Assembly (NCBI GenBank): GCA_965285935.1
Contig: OZ260661.1
Span: forward strand, 33,108,001-33,172,000
DNA from: Ophelia neglecta
Taxonomy: Eukaryota
DNA length: 64,000 bases
Direction: 5' to 3'
The stretch's first letter is position 1. Each line of letters opens with the position of its first letter. The position numbers and the translations under genes are program-made. Positions 1-12,670 of this stretch are shown here, piece by piece. Below the pieces are notes generated by a model. The model searched no databases. It was not told the origin of the DNA and saw nothing but the letters and a program-made list of their open reading frames with translations.

Positions 1-201
1 ATACATAATTGATCAAAGATAAATGAAAGTTGAGTGGGCTGTGTCCAAGTTTCAATCGAGACATAATTATTTGTGTTTTACCCTGACCAATAAATTAATG
101 AGGGGAATTGAATACCTCACTATAGGTAATTTGTAGCAGAAATGTACCGGACTCAGTATAGATTTAGTTTCATGATCCCCTGTATTCCATATCCCCTTTA
201 G

Positions 202-3200
202 GCAGAAGTCCTGTGTATAGCCACACGTCATCAACATTAGACGGCCTCGTGGTCATCCGGGCATTAGGAAAGGGAGAGCAGTTCATTGAACAATTTCACG
301 GGAAACAGGACCGACACACGATGGCTTGGTTCCTCTTTGTGTCGTGTTTCCGGGCCCTAGGACTTTGGATCAGCATTGTTTCTACCTTATACATGGCCGC
401 AATACTCATTGCCGCCTTCCTGAGCAGCTCACGGGGTAAGCTTCTGGTGCTACTCAACCACTGCATCGTCTTTATCCTATCAATGTTCTTGCCTATGTTA
501 TTTCATAACAGATTAAATGTTGGATCGACCCACCGACCGAATAAATACAGTATAAACCAAAATACCAACAAGGCAAAAAATGATACTTCAGTGCTGGTTG
601 CTGGACAGGCCTTCGATCGCATTATAAAAATCATAAATATTGATGAATAATGTGGCATTGGCTTTCGAATCTAACAATATCAATGGAAGTTGCTGGAAAA
701 GCAAAATGATCGAAGTCCAAATCTTTCGCAATTCATTTGCTATATTGCTTCTATATAAATGTTAAAAAATGTATCCCTCTAGCAGCATGTCCACGACCCC
801 CTGGTTTCTTAGCTTAGAATGCCTCTTCACACCAAACATATATATAAATTTATCATACAATCTATATTAGGCACATTCGAAGTAAGATTCTTATTAGTAG
901 TAGGGCTATCTTATCATTCTCTAAAAATGATCAGTGTTCCTAGTTGTCTGTCATTTTGCATATCTTAAAAGTTTTTTCTTCTGCGTTTTAAAAGATTTTT
1001 CCAACACTTCATATTATGGATATTTATAAGTTAGTATTATATAAGTAAATTCGTTTTATAATTGTCTTTCTGTTATAATGTCAGATGAGGTCTACGTTTA
1101 TCGTCTTGGAGATTGGTGTTTGTGGGCCTGCAGCTGGTGGTTCCAAAAGTGTTAATATATTGTTACTGCTTACTAATGTTGCTTTGTCTTCCAAGTAGCC
1201 ACTCCTATTGTTTGCATATTTTTAGTTCATTAATCTTTATATGTTTGGGACGATATGTGATGCCTTTCACTGTGACGTATCTCTTTTGATTCTGAGTATT
1301 TGAGTCGGGATATTTGGCCTTAACCCTTAAAGCATAATGTTTTTCTTCAAATCCACAGTTCTCCCTTATTCATCCCGTTATGAATCCGTTATATATCCTT
1401 TGACGGCCGCCTTTCTGTTGCTATTATATCTTTTGCTAAACTGTACAGATTTAAGTTTTCATTGTTGTATCACTCAAAATGATAACACTGGTCACAAGAA
1501 GTAGCTATTAGTATTAAATTTAAATATATTTTTTATATAAATTCAAATATCACCAATTTCTTTTCCCCGAAAATTGTGAAATGACGCCAATTCGTGTGTA
1601 TTATCAAGAAAGACACTGCCTTATAAAACACAAATCTCGGCGACATTCCCCGTATTCACAATATTATATTTTCTAGAAACAATCTGTAGGTATTCAAGTT
1701 CGATTTGTCATACCTTTCTTGCGTCTTGTGTTAGCTAATAAATTGTTTGATCCTTCTCCGGGTTTTGCAAGTCGGCTTTTGTTTAATTAAAGGTAATAAT
1801 GGAACACTTGTTGGATTCGCTTTGATTCAAAATGTCATAATGATTGACATGCTGCAATATATCGTGAGCCTCTCTTCAGAATTTGAAAACACGGTACGTA
1901 TATAATAGCAACATTCTTACCACACAAAGCCATCCTAAATGTAACTATGTTATATACTCATATATTGTTGAGCACGTGGCATGAGACAATGATATTAGGT
2001 TTGGACAGTATCTCCAATCCCCATTACAATAACTTTTTATCACTTTGATCAGATTCTTTAATTTCTTAACATTGCTTTGACTGTTTGAAACAGGACCGAA
2101 TTATCCATATCATCTCCATATCCAAGAATTTCATCGAATTGGCAAACTGTTCTCATAGCATAAGGTATGTACATATTTGGATACACTAAACGTTGAGCAC
2201 TAATCTTGTTTCAGATGACATCTGTTGAAAGAGTCCTTTCTTATACAAAGCTCGACCAAGAATCTACTTCACCCTCCGTGCTTTGGCGTCCTAAAGACTG
2301 GCCTTCACGGGGAGATATCTCCTTTGATAATGTCAGTATGAAATACTCGGAAAACGGAAAAAGTGTTCTCAATAACATGACCTTTACGGTCAAAAATGGA
2401 GAAAAGGTAGCAATCGAATTGCAGAATTCAAATTTAATATTCTATTGTAATGGTTGGGTCTTTGAAAAGGATTAGCGTTTATGAATTTAATAAGATAAAC
2501 ATGGCTTTTTATATAATAATGTTAAGGTTTGTGTCCTCATACCGGTTATATGCTAATGTAATTGATTGTGCTACATTGCCTACGAAACAGATAGGTATTA
2601 TTGGAAGGACTGGGGCCGGCAAGTCTTCAATATTTAAAGCTCTCCTGCGATTGGTAGAAACAGAAGGCACAATTTGTGTAGATAACATTGATATTAGACA
2701 AGTCAGCTTGACAGACTTACGGCAAAGTATAGCAGTCATTCCACAAGTAAGTTATATTTATCATTGATTTTGTAGAGTCTCTGATGCCAGTTGCTTATAT
2801 TTTCCTTTAAAATATGATAACTTCAACTCACAGTACACTTTTGTTTGTTGTTAAGGTTCATTGTAAATATAGGTTTGATATGTTCATGCAAACGTGAACA
2901 AACCTATATTGATGTATTCCTTTTAATTTTTTTAAGGACCCAATTATATTCACAGGCAGTATAAGGGATAATTTGGACCCATTGGGTTCATTCAGCGATG
3001 CACAATTGTGGAATTGCCTTGAACAGGTACATGATCCTGACGCATTCTTTAACAACATCTTATTACTTTTAATTGGTATTTCTGTACTAATATTATCAAG
3101 CATATACGAATTAATCTGCGGCTTATCGTTTTTACGGGCAAATGAGCATTCAAACAAAATGAACTTATTATTTACTGCACCGGCATCAGGGCCATCAAGC

Positions 3201-5372
3201 TTATTAATCTGTTTATCAAATATTGCTTTTTTTCCCGCAATTATCACCATGAGCCAATGTATAGGGCATGCTTATAAACCGCTATGAGATAACCACATGT
3301 ATGGTCGGTTACACCCTTGATGTTCAATGCTATTTTAAATTTCTGTCATACTGGGTACAATCGGATTATTGTCTGCAACCTATAATCGATTAACTGCCTG
3401 CTTCCCTATACTCGCTTCTGCGTATACAAACAAAATCTGTACATTTACTATTAATTACAGAATGTAGCTTATGTTCATAAGTTGGTTCTGTATTAATCTC
3501 TTCCGCCAGCCTTTCCAAAACAAATTATATTTTCCCTTATAACTCGAATGCCTAAGTTTTGGTGTGTGTCTTGTGATATATTTATTAGCCGACGTCTTCA
3601 TTTATTAATTGCCGGTTTTTTCTTAAGCTGGAGTCAGTCAGAAAGATAATGCCTATCATAATCTGTAAGACAAAATAAGACGTTATATGTTAAAGGTTCA
3701 GTTGAAAGATGTGGTAGATGAATGGCCGGAAGGATTAAGCAGCCTTATTGGGAAATCCGAAAACAACTTCAGCCTTGGTCAGAAGCAGTTATTTTGTGTG
3801 GCTCGTGCCATGCTTAGGTGTAGCAAAATTCTTATCATCGATGAAGCCACAGCGCATGTGGACTACAGGTGAAAAATGTATAATCCAAGGCATTTTAATT
3901 TAGTTAAGTAATGATACAAAAAATATAATGTACTGTTAATTGCAAAGAGGACTTATCACAGTTGTCTAAGTGAGGAATAATTAACTATTTTTTGAGGCTG
4001 CTCAAAACGATACATGCCAATGAGCAACCGTCTTAAACTCATCGGATCTATCGTTTATCTAGCATATCTACGTTCCACGGACTAACCTTACTTCTTACCC
4101 AAAGAAAAGTAAGATGGCACCGATTTTAGCATGTACGGATATTTGCCATCCATAAGGGCTATCTTTTTCACAAATTCTTACACAAATATTTTGGTATATT
4201 ATTGTGTCTTTCCACCAATTATATAATGTTTAGTTGTGTACTTAGTTGAAACTAGAGCTAAGACTCTACGAGGCCGATGACCGATTCACTAATATTTTTT
4301 TTGATAATCCAAACGCTTTTGCCGTTTTCGTATACCCAGATACTAGATGTATTGATGTCCATGTCCCTACTTCTCGATGAAGTTGTCCATACTGGAGGGA
4401 ATGAGGCCAAAAAGTTTGGCTATACAAGGGTTTCCTGAATAGATGTGGGAAATGGCATTCTTAATGCATCTCATAGATTTTCTGGTACCAACAACATTTC
4501 CTTTGGGTATCTGTTTGCTTCCACTATTACTTAATACGATTGTACAAATGTGTATGTTTAAAACCAGATCGTCCACTTAGGAAACTTCAATACTACCTCA
4601 GACGTTATCTGCTCGTTTCAAAGCCAATCATAAATTGACCCACTCGGCATATAAATCAATGTACATTCTTCCAAAATGGAGAAATGGGTGGGAAGTTTTT
4701 GTGTGATATGCATGATCAATCCACATTATTTAGAAAAATAAATCACTAGTAAGCTAGGAAACGTTCAGCTCAGGGAAACCTCAATTGTTTTACCTAAAAC
4801 CTCATTCCGGTGTTTGGTGAATACCAGAGGGCATAGCAGTCATTCAAGCACAGGGGTTCGCATGATTTGGATGTACAAGGTCCAAATGGGTCATGCCATT
4901 CTCAGCTCTCCCACCCATGTATTTCACTTTCACGCATATGGTTATTAGTCTATCTCGTTTTTGGTGTATTTTGAATGAATCTGTTTTCATGCAGGACGGA
5001 TGATTTGATTCAGAAAGCCATCAGAGAAGCCTTCCGACATCGCACAGTATTGACCATCGCACACCGGGTCAACACAATTTCAGATTCAGACAAATTATTG
5101 GTAGGAATTCTCTTTTTTTCGTACGATTTACACTTGCAGCCAGTATTACATTGTTTAAACATTCGCACATAACTTAATTGTATGCTGAAAACATGAGTTG
5201 ATCTTACAAGACATTCCATAACGTGTTTTCATTCTCATTTCACAAGGTTATTGAAAACGGCTCAGTGGCGATGTTTGGGAGCAAAAATGATCTTGATATG
5301 ACCCAAGTAAGCGATCTGGAGCAAATGATAGAGAAGCCAACTCCGGTCAATGTATCCGTAAACTTTTCATGA
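202..5372 (+). CDS. ABCC4: ABCC4/MRP4-like ABC transporter, copy A (3' part: end of TMD2 plus NBD2; 5' part lies outside the window)
   Basis: Exons with GT-AG boundaries and continuous frame: 202-435, 1793-1893, 2215-2406, 2591-2746, 2937-3026, 3696-3868, 4995-5100, 5247-5372(TGA). Motifs include RSPVYSH..STLDGL..IRA, MTSVERV, WPSRGDI, Walker [15 protein letters not shown], signature FSLGQKQ, Walker [10 protein letters not shown] and H-loop TIAHR, all typical of ABCC4-type NBD2. Confidence 0.9.
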
Positions 5373-5519
5373 GTTCAGATACTCAGACTATCAAACATAT
5401 GCCCTATGAAGAAAAGTTTACTTAGAAATGTGTACACATCGTAATTGTTCAATATATCACAACAGATAATAGTCAAAGGGACCAATACAAGATCACTAGA
5501 TATATTTTTTGTGTATAAT

Positions 5520-5525
5520 AATAAA
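5520..5525 (+). terminator. Candidate polyadenylation signal for copy A
   Basis: AATAAA about 150 nt after the stop. A homologous AATAAA lies at about 40732 after copy B. Confidence 0.35.
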
Positions 5526-6168
5526 CGAATTTGAAAAATGATGTTTTAATTTGAATATGACTCTAAAAGCTAAAAAAGATGTTTGAGTGAAGTACCATTA
5601 GAGTTATATGTATTGATAGAACAGTGAATGGAATCAAATAGACACAAAAAGCAGGAATGTTTAAAGCCTCAGGTACAGTGTAATTTGAGCGTAAATATAA
5701 AAATTTACCCTTTTACCGTCGTCGTGCAACAGGGAAGTAACGTGGGAGTGGTTGCTTACCATATAGCTCGAAGGCCTGCTCAAGTGTTCAAATTAGGAGA
5801 ATAGACAAAGTTAACAATATCCGGTATCAATTTGACCATGAAAACACCCATTCTGCCTTAGTGCATTTAAGAATGCCCACACCTTTTTGCTAATTGTTTT
5901 TAATAGCTGCATTAAAAGCAAACATCAAGCTACTAGTTTAAAATATTTCTAAGTGTCCTCTCTCCAGCTTACCGATTTCATAGTATTCGTTTATTTCATT
6001 TTGGGTCCTCGAAATGCCAATAATAATCTATTTCGGTTCCTACTGAAATTGAGAATGCTAACAGCCTTGTGCTGATTGATTTGATCGCTGCGAATTATCA
6101 ATATAAACTGTTTTCAATCCGAATTGGGGGGACATACTTCATGTAAACTGGCGATAACGATATAATAA

Positions 6169-6640
6169 AGCCGGCATCACACTGTCGCGATATTTACACC
6201 ATATGGCCATACGAATATTGAATTTTGAATTTCGCGCGAAGATAGCCCCGAACTTGGTCAGCAGCCAATCAACAGCCGAGGTGAGTACGATGTCTACAGA
6301 AGGTGACACGATGACACCCGAATCGCACATACGAAAGCCATAGGATCTCCATACTAGACCCGAACCGCACACGAAGGCAACACAAATATGTGTTAAAGAC
6401 CCGCATTCAGCACGAATAAGAACCTTCGGAAGGTCCTTCGGCAATTCTTTGGCCTGCCAAAGATTTTGCCACCACTCACGAAGTTGCTTCCGGAGCCTGA
6501 GAAAACTCAACAGGCTGTGATACGATGGCTTAAGATGCCCTCACGAATGGCCCGATGTTTTTACGATCAGACCCGAATTTGAACATTCTCTTTATCGTGT
6601 GTCAATCTGGTGTCTATATCGGGACGGTGTGACGCCTACT
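6169..6640. mobile_element. Non-autonomous DNA transposon (MITE), PIF/Harbinger-like
   Basis: Imperfect ~47-bp TIRs: left AGCCGGCATCACACTGTCGCGATATTTACACCATATGGCCATACGA versus revcomp of right end AGTAGGCGTCACACCGTCCCGATATAGACACCAGATTGACACACGA. TAA on the left flank, internal dispersed CACGAA/TACGA motifs, and absent from the homologous region beside copy C. Confidence 0.7.
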
Positions 6641-7246
6641 GTACGGATTGTTTTGCCGAAACTCTTACACTAATAATTTACTGCTTTGCTATCTCCACTT
6701 TTGTTCAGTTCGGCCTCGGATGTGTCTGAACAAATTGGTTGAGATCTGGTTTAATCACGGTGCAAACACGACAATGCCCAGTGATGCTACGGTGAGAACA
6801 CGGTGTCTTCCCGGTCTTGCTACGGTCCGCCCCAGTGAGTCACGGTGTCACCACGGTCTTTACGGTGCTGCTACGGTTCTTCACGGTGTTACTGTGGTCT
6901 TCGCCGGTGGGTCACGTGGTACAGCAAATTCCCTATAAAACCCTTGTGTTTCAGCACCAAATATTATTTCTCCATCGGTTTTTGAGACGTTAAAATATGC
7001 CACCAAAAAGAGGATAATAGGAGTGTTGATCCCTACGGTGAAGAAACAACAACAGCGACGACGAGCAAACGACAACAAAAACATGAAGAAGATTATCCCG
7101 AGCCGGCTGTAATACCTCATGGTGACCCCGAGCATGGGGGAACTCAAGCCACGCAGGAAGAGCCTCCAAGTTGGCCTACTCCACCCTCAGAACCGGCAGA
7201 AGTAAACAGTGATAAAGTTGAAAAAAAGCAAAAGAAAGACGCCACA

Positions 7247-7510
7247 ATGTTGACTGAGGGGCAGGAGTTGAACATGAAGAAATGGCCACTGCAACACGCG
7301 ATGCTCTACACTAAAGGTACAGGAATATTCGAGAATCTGGGAGGCGCAGGTGCAGGAGATTGGTCTGGAGGCGCGTGTCTTTCTGAAGGCATGGCAGGAC
7401 AGTATTCGGACCAGGGTCGGCAAGATAAAAGACCAGAAATTGGGGTCGGCGGCAAAATATCTAATTGACCGAAACGCCATCATAAAGGCCAATTTACAGT
7501 TCCTTGCAGT
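7247..7510 (+). pseudogene. Frameshifted Myb/SANT-like (MADF) DNA-binding domain of the Harbinger accessory ORF
   Basis: Two frames join as LTEGQELNMKKWPLQHAMLYTKG.. / EIGLEARVFLKAWQDSIRTRVGKIKDQKLGSAAKYLIDRNAIIKANLQFL. This resembles the MADF pattern (P.LY.K...W..RT..GK..KSG...F.FL). Recognised from memory, not by search. Confidence 0.6.
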
Positions 7511-7768
7511 CTTTTGGATGTCATGTCGCGGTGTTGCCTCTATATTTCATTACAATTTGGAATGAACTAACGGAAAAACGAAACCAAATTGATAGCCATA
7601 TCATCAAGGATCCGGGTTAATCCGTGGATAACCTTGTCGTCACCGTGAGGACCAAAGCATTGTAGTGCCACCTCAATGCATCGTAATGAACCGTGGTTCC
7701 ACCATGGGAAACCTTGATGGTCCGTAGTTGCACCGTGGTTCACGTGATTCCTCCGTAACAGGATATGA

Positions 7769-8088
7769 TAACGTGATAGGACCGTGGTACCACCGTGATA
7801 GGACCATGGTACCACCGTGATAGGACCATGGTACCACCGTGATAGGACCATGGTACCACCGTGATTGGACCATGTTACCACCGTGATAGGACCATGGTAC
7901 CACCGTGATTGGACCATGTTACCACCGTAATAGGGCCATGGTACTAACGTGATTGGACCATGTTACCACCGTGATAGGACCATGGTACCACCGTGATAGG
8001 ACCACGGTACTACCGTGATAGGACCACGGTTCCACCGCGATAGGACCATGGTACCACCGCGATAGGACCATGGTACCACCTTGATAGG
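7769..8088. repeat. 22-bp minisatellite (CACCGTGATAGGACCATGGTAC)n, about 14 copies
   Basis: Direct tandem units with few variants. The 22-aa periodicity of the minus-strand ORFs (3 units = 66 nt) confirms the unit length. Confidence 0.95.
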
Positions 8089-8891
8089 ATTGTGTATGAA
8101 CCTAGACTGTCCGGCATGAACCGTGTCTCGCCGTGATGCACCTTCAACATCTGTTTGTGTCCTCCCTGTGGATCGTACTGTGATTGGGATCACCGTATTG
8201 GAGACGTGACACGACCAGCAAGAACTTCTTACCCCTGGCCCCTCCCGTTCCCTCACGGTGCACCAATGTTTAATCCAGGGGCCAACACCGCCATGCTACG
8301 GTAGTCCCGGTAGAGTTGCGGTTGACAAAGGACAGACTACGGATTAGATTCTTCACGGTGGCCCAGGAAGGTCCTCGACTTTTTTTTACAAGTGAATGTT
8401 CAATGAAAGTTACTGTTAAAGTTGCTACATTTTTTACTGTCCTTCACTTTTGCGCCAAAGACCACCGGGGAGCTTCCCGGTCCCTCACGAACACTCACGG
8501 ATCCTCAAGGATTCACTACGGATTGGTGATGGTTTACTCAAGGTTTTTCACGGTTCTTCACGATGTCAGCATCGGGATGGACCTGGAGCTCTGTGGGACT
8601 GAGGCAAGCATCATTGCAAAGTCCACAATGTTGCCAGCCTTCGCCGCTGCAATTCACGTACCGAATGAAAATGCTATGCCACTTATTACGCCGTCGTTAT
8701 GTAACACCCTATTGTGTAGCTGGCTACCGAATAAAAAGGTCATAAAATGGAGTCACCCTGAGATGTTATGCAATATCTTAAGTCGGAGCTCCTGTAATTG
8801 GCAGCTGACAGTCTGGATGATTCTTTATAAGTAAATGTTACATGTGCTGGTGCCTATATGGGTCAACCGATTAATATGTTCTTTCTGACAA

Positions 8892-8909
8892 CCCCCCCCC
8901 CCCCCCCCC
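8892..8909. repeat. Poly-C tract (C18)
   Basis: 18 consecutive C, about 320 bp upstream of the ATG at 9230. Confidence 0.9.
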
Positions 8910-9229
8910 GAAAGGACTATAATGAACAAAAGAGGACAAAGCATATTTATTATGAATTTTTGTATGTATGGCATCAGCCAATGTTGTTTGGCGCATATTT
9001 GGTAATCGCCGAATATGCAAGAATAAAATCTATAGATGTATGTTGACACCTGTTTTGTATATAAATTCGTTTTCCATTCTAATTAATAGGCAGACTTTGC
9101 TAGTTTTATGCAATATTGTACACACGCAGTGTGCATGATTTATGATGTCGACTCGCTACGGCACGTAGAATTACTAATATAAAAAGAGGAACTTGGTCTA
9201 GAGATTTTCAGTCCAAATAGGATTGTTCT

Positions 9230-9438
9230 ATGAGTCAAATGAAGGGTAATCGATACCATAGTGAAACTAATGAAGCGTATACAGCGGATGTGGAGGGTAT
9301 ATCGATACATTCGAAAATAAATCATCACCCCACAGGAAGCAATGTTAAATCCTACAAACCACAAGAGGAGGTAAGTGGCACCGAACCCACAGAGTGCCCG
9401 TACGATGGAGCGGTCTGGCTGTCTAAACTGACATTCTG
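9230..9438 (+). CDS. ABCC4-like first coding exon '1a' (lasso motif); either an alternative first exon or an orphan exon of a decayed paralog
   Basis: Open from ATG: MSQMKG...TECPYDGAVWLSKLTF(W), ending TTCTG|GTGAGT (phase 2). It matches the ABCC4 lasso start (P...A...S...FWW) and is phase-compatible with exon 2 at 27136. Confidence 0.75.
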
Positions 9439-12400
9439 GTGAGTTCAGTGTGTTTTGCAAGAAATCTCTTCACTGTTGCAAACGACCAGAGCTATGTCAC
9501 CAGAGGGCTTTGTGTTAACAGAAGAAAACGAAAGGCGAAAGCAGCATTTGAAGCACAATAATCTATAATATCCGTCATTTTATAACCGAACCCTTACCCA
9601 AACATCTTGGTTTTGTTCTTGATACAATTGGGTATGGGTGGGGTTATTATTGTGATTATACTAGCTCATTTTAAGGCCCAGCTGTCAACCAGCGTTACCG
9701 TTCGGCGAGTACAACAGAGCTCTTGCTCATTTGCTGGAAATGCAGCTCGGTGAAGATATATTCCTTCACCAGGCTATATTTAGCATATTTATCCCGATCA
9801 TGATAAAAGACGGAATGTTGAATGCAGAACGGAATAGAGAATATTCTTTTATTCTGATATACAGAATTCGGCCTGGTGACATTGGTGAACAGAGTATATT
9901 GAAAGTATGTTTGCAGGAAAATATCTTTAAAAAGTCCTTCTAGTATTCGTATTCTAATAATTAGATCGATTTATCCCTAACATGGATCATTAACCCTTTT
10001 GGATGCCCTTATTTGTTAGTTTAATGTATTCTTCGTACGTACTGAAAGTCAGTTGGTAAGGGCATTTGAACTACGAAGTCGGCCGATAGCAGGTGCTTTC
10101 TATGTGCCGAAACCTTTCATTACTTCCGATAACCCCATTCGACTTTAAATATGGCTACTAGATCTACAAATAGCGCTGAATCTGGATGTCACATAGTTGT
10201 TGCATCAATAATGCACTGATAGTATTTCAAATGTTTCAGATATTGTCAAACACATTTCCAGTCAGTGAGCTTCGGTTCGAGATCAGTTAAGATCTGAGAG
10301 CGTGTTAATTATCAGGCCGCTGTCTTCTGATGAACTCTAAAGATCTTGATCGCATGTGAGGAACTTAAATACTTTGATCCATGGTTGGGCTTGTTGGATA
10401 TTCAAAAGAACTATTGGGCAGTGTATTTTACAAAATAAACCCGTTACCGTGGGTCGGCATGAGTCCACATATGCCCGGGAAGAAAAGTATCCCTTCTGGC
10501 CAACTTCGGTCCTGATATCACTGTACCCTAGGGTGTGATCCCACCCCCTATCCCAGATCCTCCCTGGTGAGGGGATTCTGGAAATATGATTGGAAAGTTA
10601 CATTACAACATTAACATCAACAAAATCAATTACAATGTTCACGCATTTCAATACGAATATCACAAAATCACCCACCCTAAACTTGCTAAAAATTTTGTTT
10701 TCATGGTACTATGCATTTAGGTACATCAACATGCATAACATGTTTATCTTTTTTACATGTGTTAATGTCAGCGTGGCATATAATTTGCATTCGCCCTTTG
10801 ATAAATAAATTCTCGCTTTAATAGACGCTTCATCTGTATAATCGGCAAATAGCTAAGCAGTGACTGTTCTGGTATAGCAGCTTTTGTATAATTATACCAT
10901 TAGCCGCAGACAAATAAACATATAAATTCGATTGATCTCTCTATAACTAGTGTATAAAAGTATCGAAATCTTTCAGAAAAATAATAAACTTGGTATTATT
11001 AATTTCTTCGTATCCACTCGTGTTATTACACCGGTTTCACGACAAGATGGTGCCAACCAATGATATCAAGTTCACCTGTTTAGAAAAGAGATTTTTTATT
11101 TAAAAAAAAGCATACCTGCTAAGGTTTTAGTGTCATTTCTGATCAAAGTCACTTCCCTGAAGTTGCCAGAGTCGAGCATAACGTCTTTGTACTACAGCTA
11201 AGAGAGCGAATAACAAGTACACCTAAAATTCTAATGTAAATACCAGGCGCTAAGCCCCACAGCTAATTCTGCGATCTTGAAAAGCTACATGCACATTGTA
11301 CCGCATGCTTCACACTGTCAAGTAGTACAAACGTGGTTGTGCTTTATTTTCTATCGGTTATGCCAAGCTCTTGACTATATATACTTTTGCAGTAAAGCCA
11401 ATTAGTTAATGCATCAATTCAGCTCTGAAATATTCCCTATAACAATTGTATTATTTGTTAGCTTGATGCCACAGTGGATATTAATTCCAGTACGTGCAAT
11501 GTTTATTGCGAACAGTTTTGCGTCCACATTTGGAAGGAATGCCTAATTCCAGAATGATAAAAGACATAACATAAGAAAGAATGAAAAGCCTGCATGGTGA
11601 CTGTTTGGTTCGGATATGATTAAAAGTCTTCTCATTTTTCATGAAACTAACACTGCCAAACCGATACACCACAATGACAACCTTTTACCAACACCCTTTC
11701 CCCATCTCTTAATAATATTTTTTCAATTTCTCTCACCACCATCTAGTATGTAGCAGGAGTGTCCTGATGATTGCTTAACTATTTATTGGAATACTCTTTA
11801 TAAATGAATTTGTTTTGTTTACCTGGTATCCACCCTCGCTATTTAGCCATAACTTTGAATCAGCCCCTTCGACCGCAAACGATTTTAAATGCTTAACACG
11901 GCTGACACTAGTTTACCCCTACCAATTACTTTCGGCAGTTCCTCCTTTCCGACTTTACATAGCCAACCTCCTTCTGCTTCAATTTTCTGCAAATACGTAC
12001 ACATTTTTGCCATTGTCACCAGTCGCTTATCATCTTCAATGTAAACATTTAAAAAAAAGTTCTCCTAAACCCCATTAAATTTGACTTGTACTTTTTGCTG
12101 TTTATATTAAGTTTCAGTCAAGTAAGGTGACTCATTTCAATCATCTTTGGTTCAGTGAACACCTTTGATGGTGTTCCCAAGAGCGTTCCGTTAACCAAAG
12201 TTTCATTGTACACTTGAGATCATGTGACCTTTACTGGCACCAGTTATTTGACATAGTCTGCGAAACCTTGTCGTCATCGTGTTTCGCCGTGATGCACCGT
12301 CAACCACTGCGAACCTTTCTGCATGGCGGGACTTTGTGCATTTGACACTGGTGGAGTTACGGTCGACAAAGGATTGCGCTCGCACACTGTCTCGAATATA

Positions 12401-12475
12401 TTATAAAACTGAAAAGGGATGGTTTCAAGAAAGTTTAAGCTTTTTAATTTTTAATTCTTGCTTTAATGATTTAGC

Positions 12476-12670
12476 CCGATTTTGATTGGTAACATAGTTA
12501 ATTTCCTGATGGGAAAGCCAAGCAGCAATGCGACTTCAACAATGCTATTCCCTGGAATACTAGTGGGACTTACTGTGTTGTACTAATTTTACTCCTCTGT
12601 GAAGTTCTTCATTTCTTAGCTTTTAGGAATGACATTGGGAATTGTTCATACAGGCATCATACATCAGAAG
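12476..12670 (+). pseudogene. Decayed ABCC4 TMD1 exon (homolog of copy B exon 4); further copies at 15758-15952, 18106-18300, 20454-20648
   Basis: Translates PILIGNIVNFLMGKPSSNATSTMLFPGILVGLTVLY*FYSSVKFFIS*LLGMTLGIVHTGIIHQK|GT. It aligns to 27785-27965 (QPVLIGHVVNFLLEKP...LGMKLRTALTGIIYKK|GT). Confidence 0.8.

Larger units (their letters stand above)
6741..8580. mobile_element. Degenerate PIF/Harbinger-derived element with CACGG-rich subterminal repeats, decayed MADF/Myb ORF and internal minisatellite
   Basis: Starts where homology with 42390-42486 ends. Dense CACGG/CCGTG motifs at both ends and an internal MADF-like remnant. An inverted fragment occurs at 51051-51200 and degraded fragments at about 12280-12375. 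The right boundary is approximate. Confidence 0.6.

Noticed and set aside
4350-4920. Nested gene in the penultimate intron (retained in A, B and C)
   Set aside because: The frames I checked contain stops that differ between copies and no convincing domain. Its retention is explained by recent duplication.
7769-8088. CRISPR-like array
   Set aside because: The repeats are contiguous with no unique spacers, there are no cas genes, and the context is eukaryotic.
7567-8256. Repetitive proteins (SRWYHGPITVV...) in the ORF track
   Set aside because: These are translations of the 22-bp minisatellite.
11764-11800. Hammerhead ribozyme (CTGATGA here and at 10327)
   Set aside because: There is no stem II followed by GAAA and no compatible cleavage triplet.
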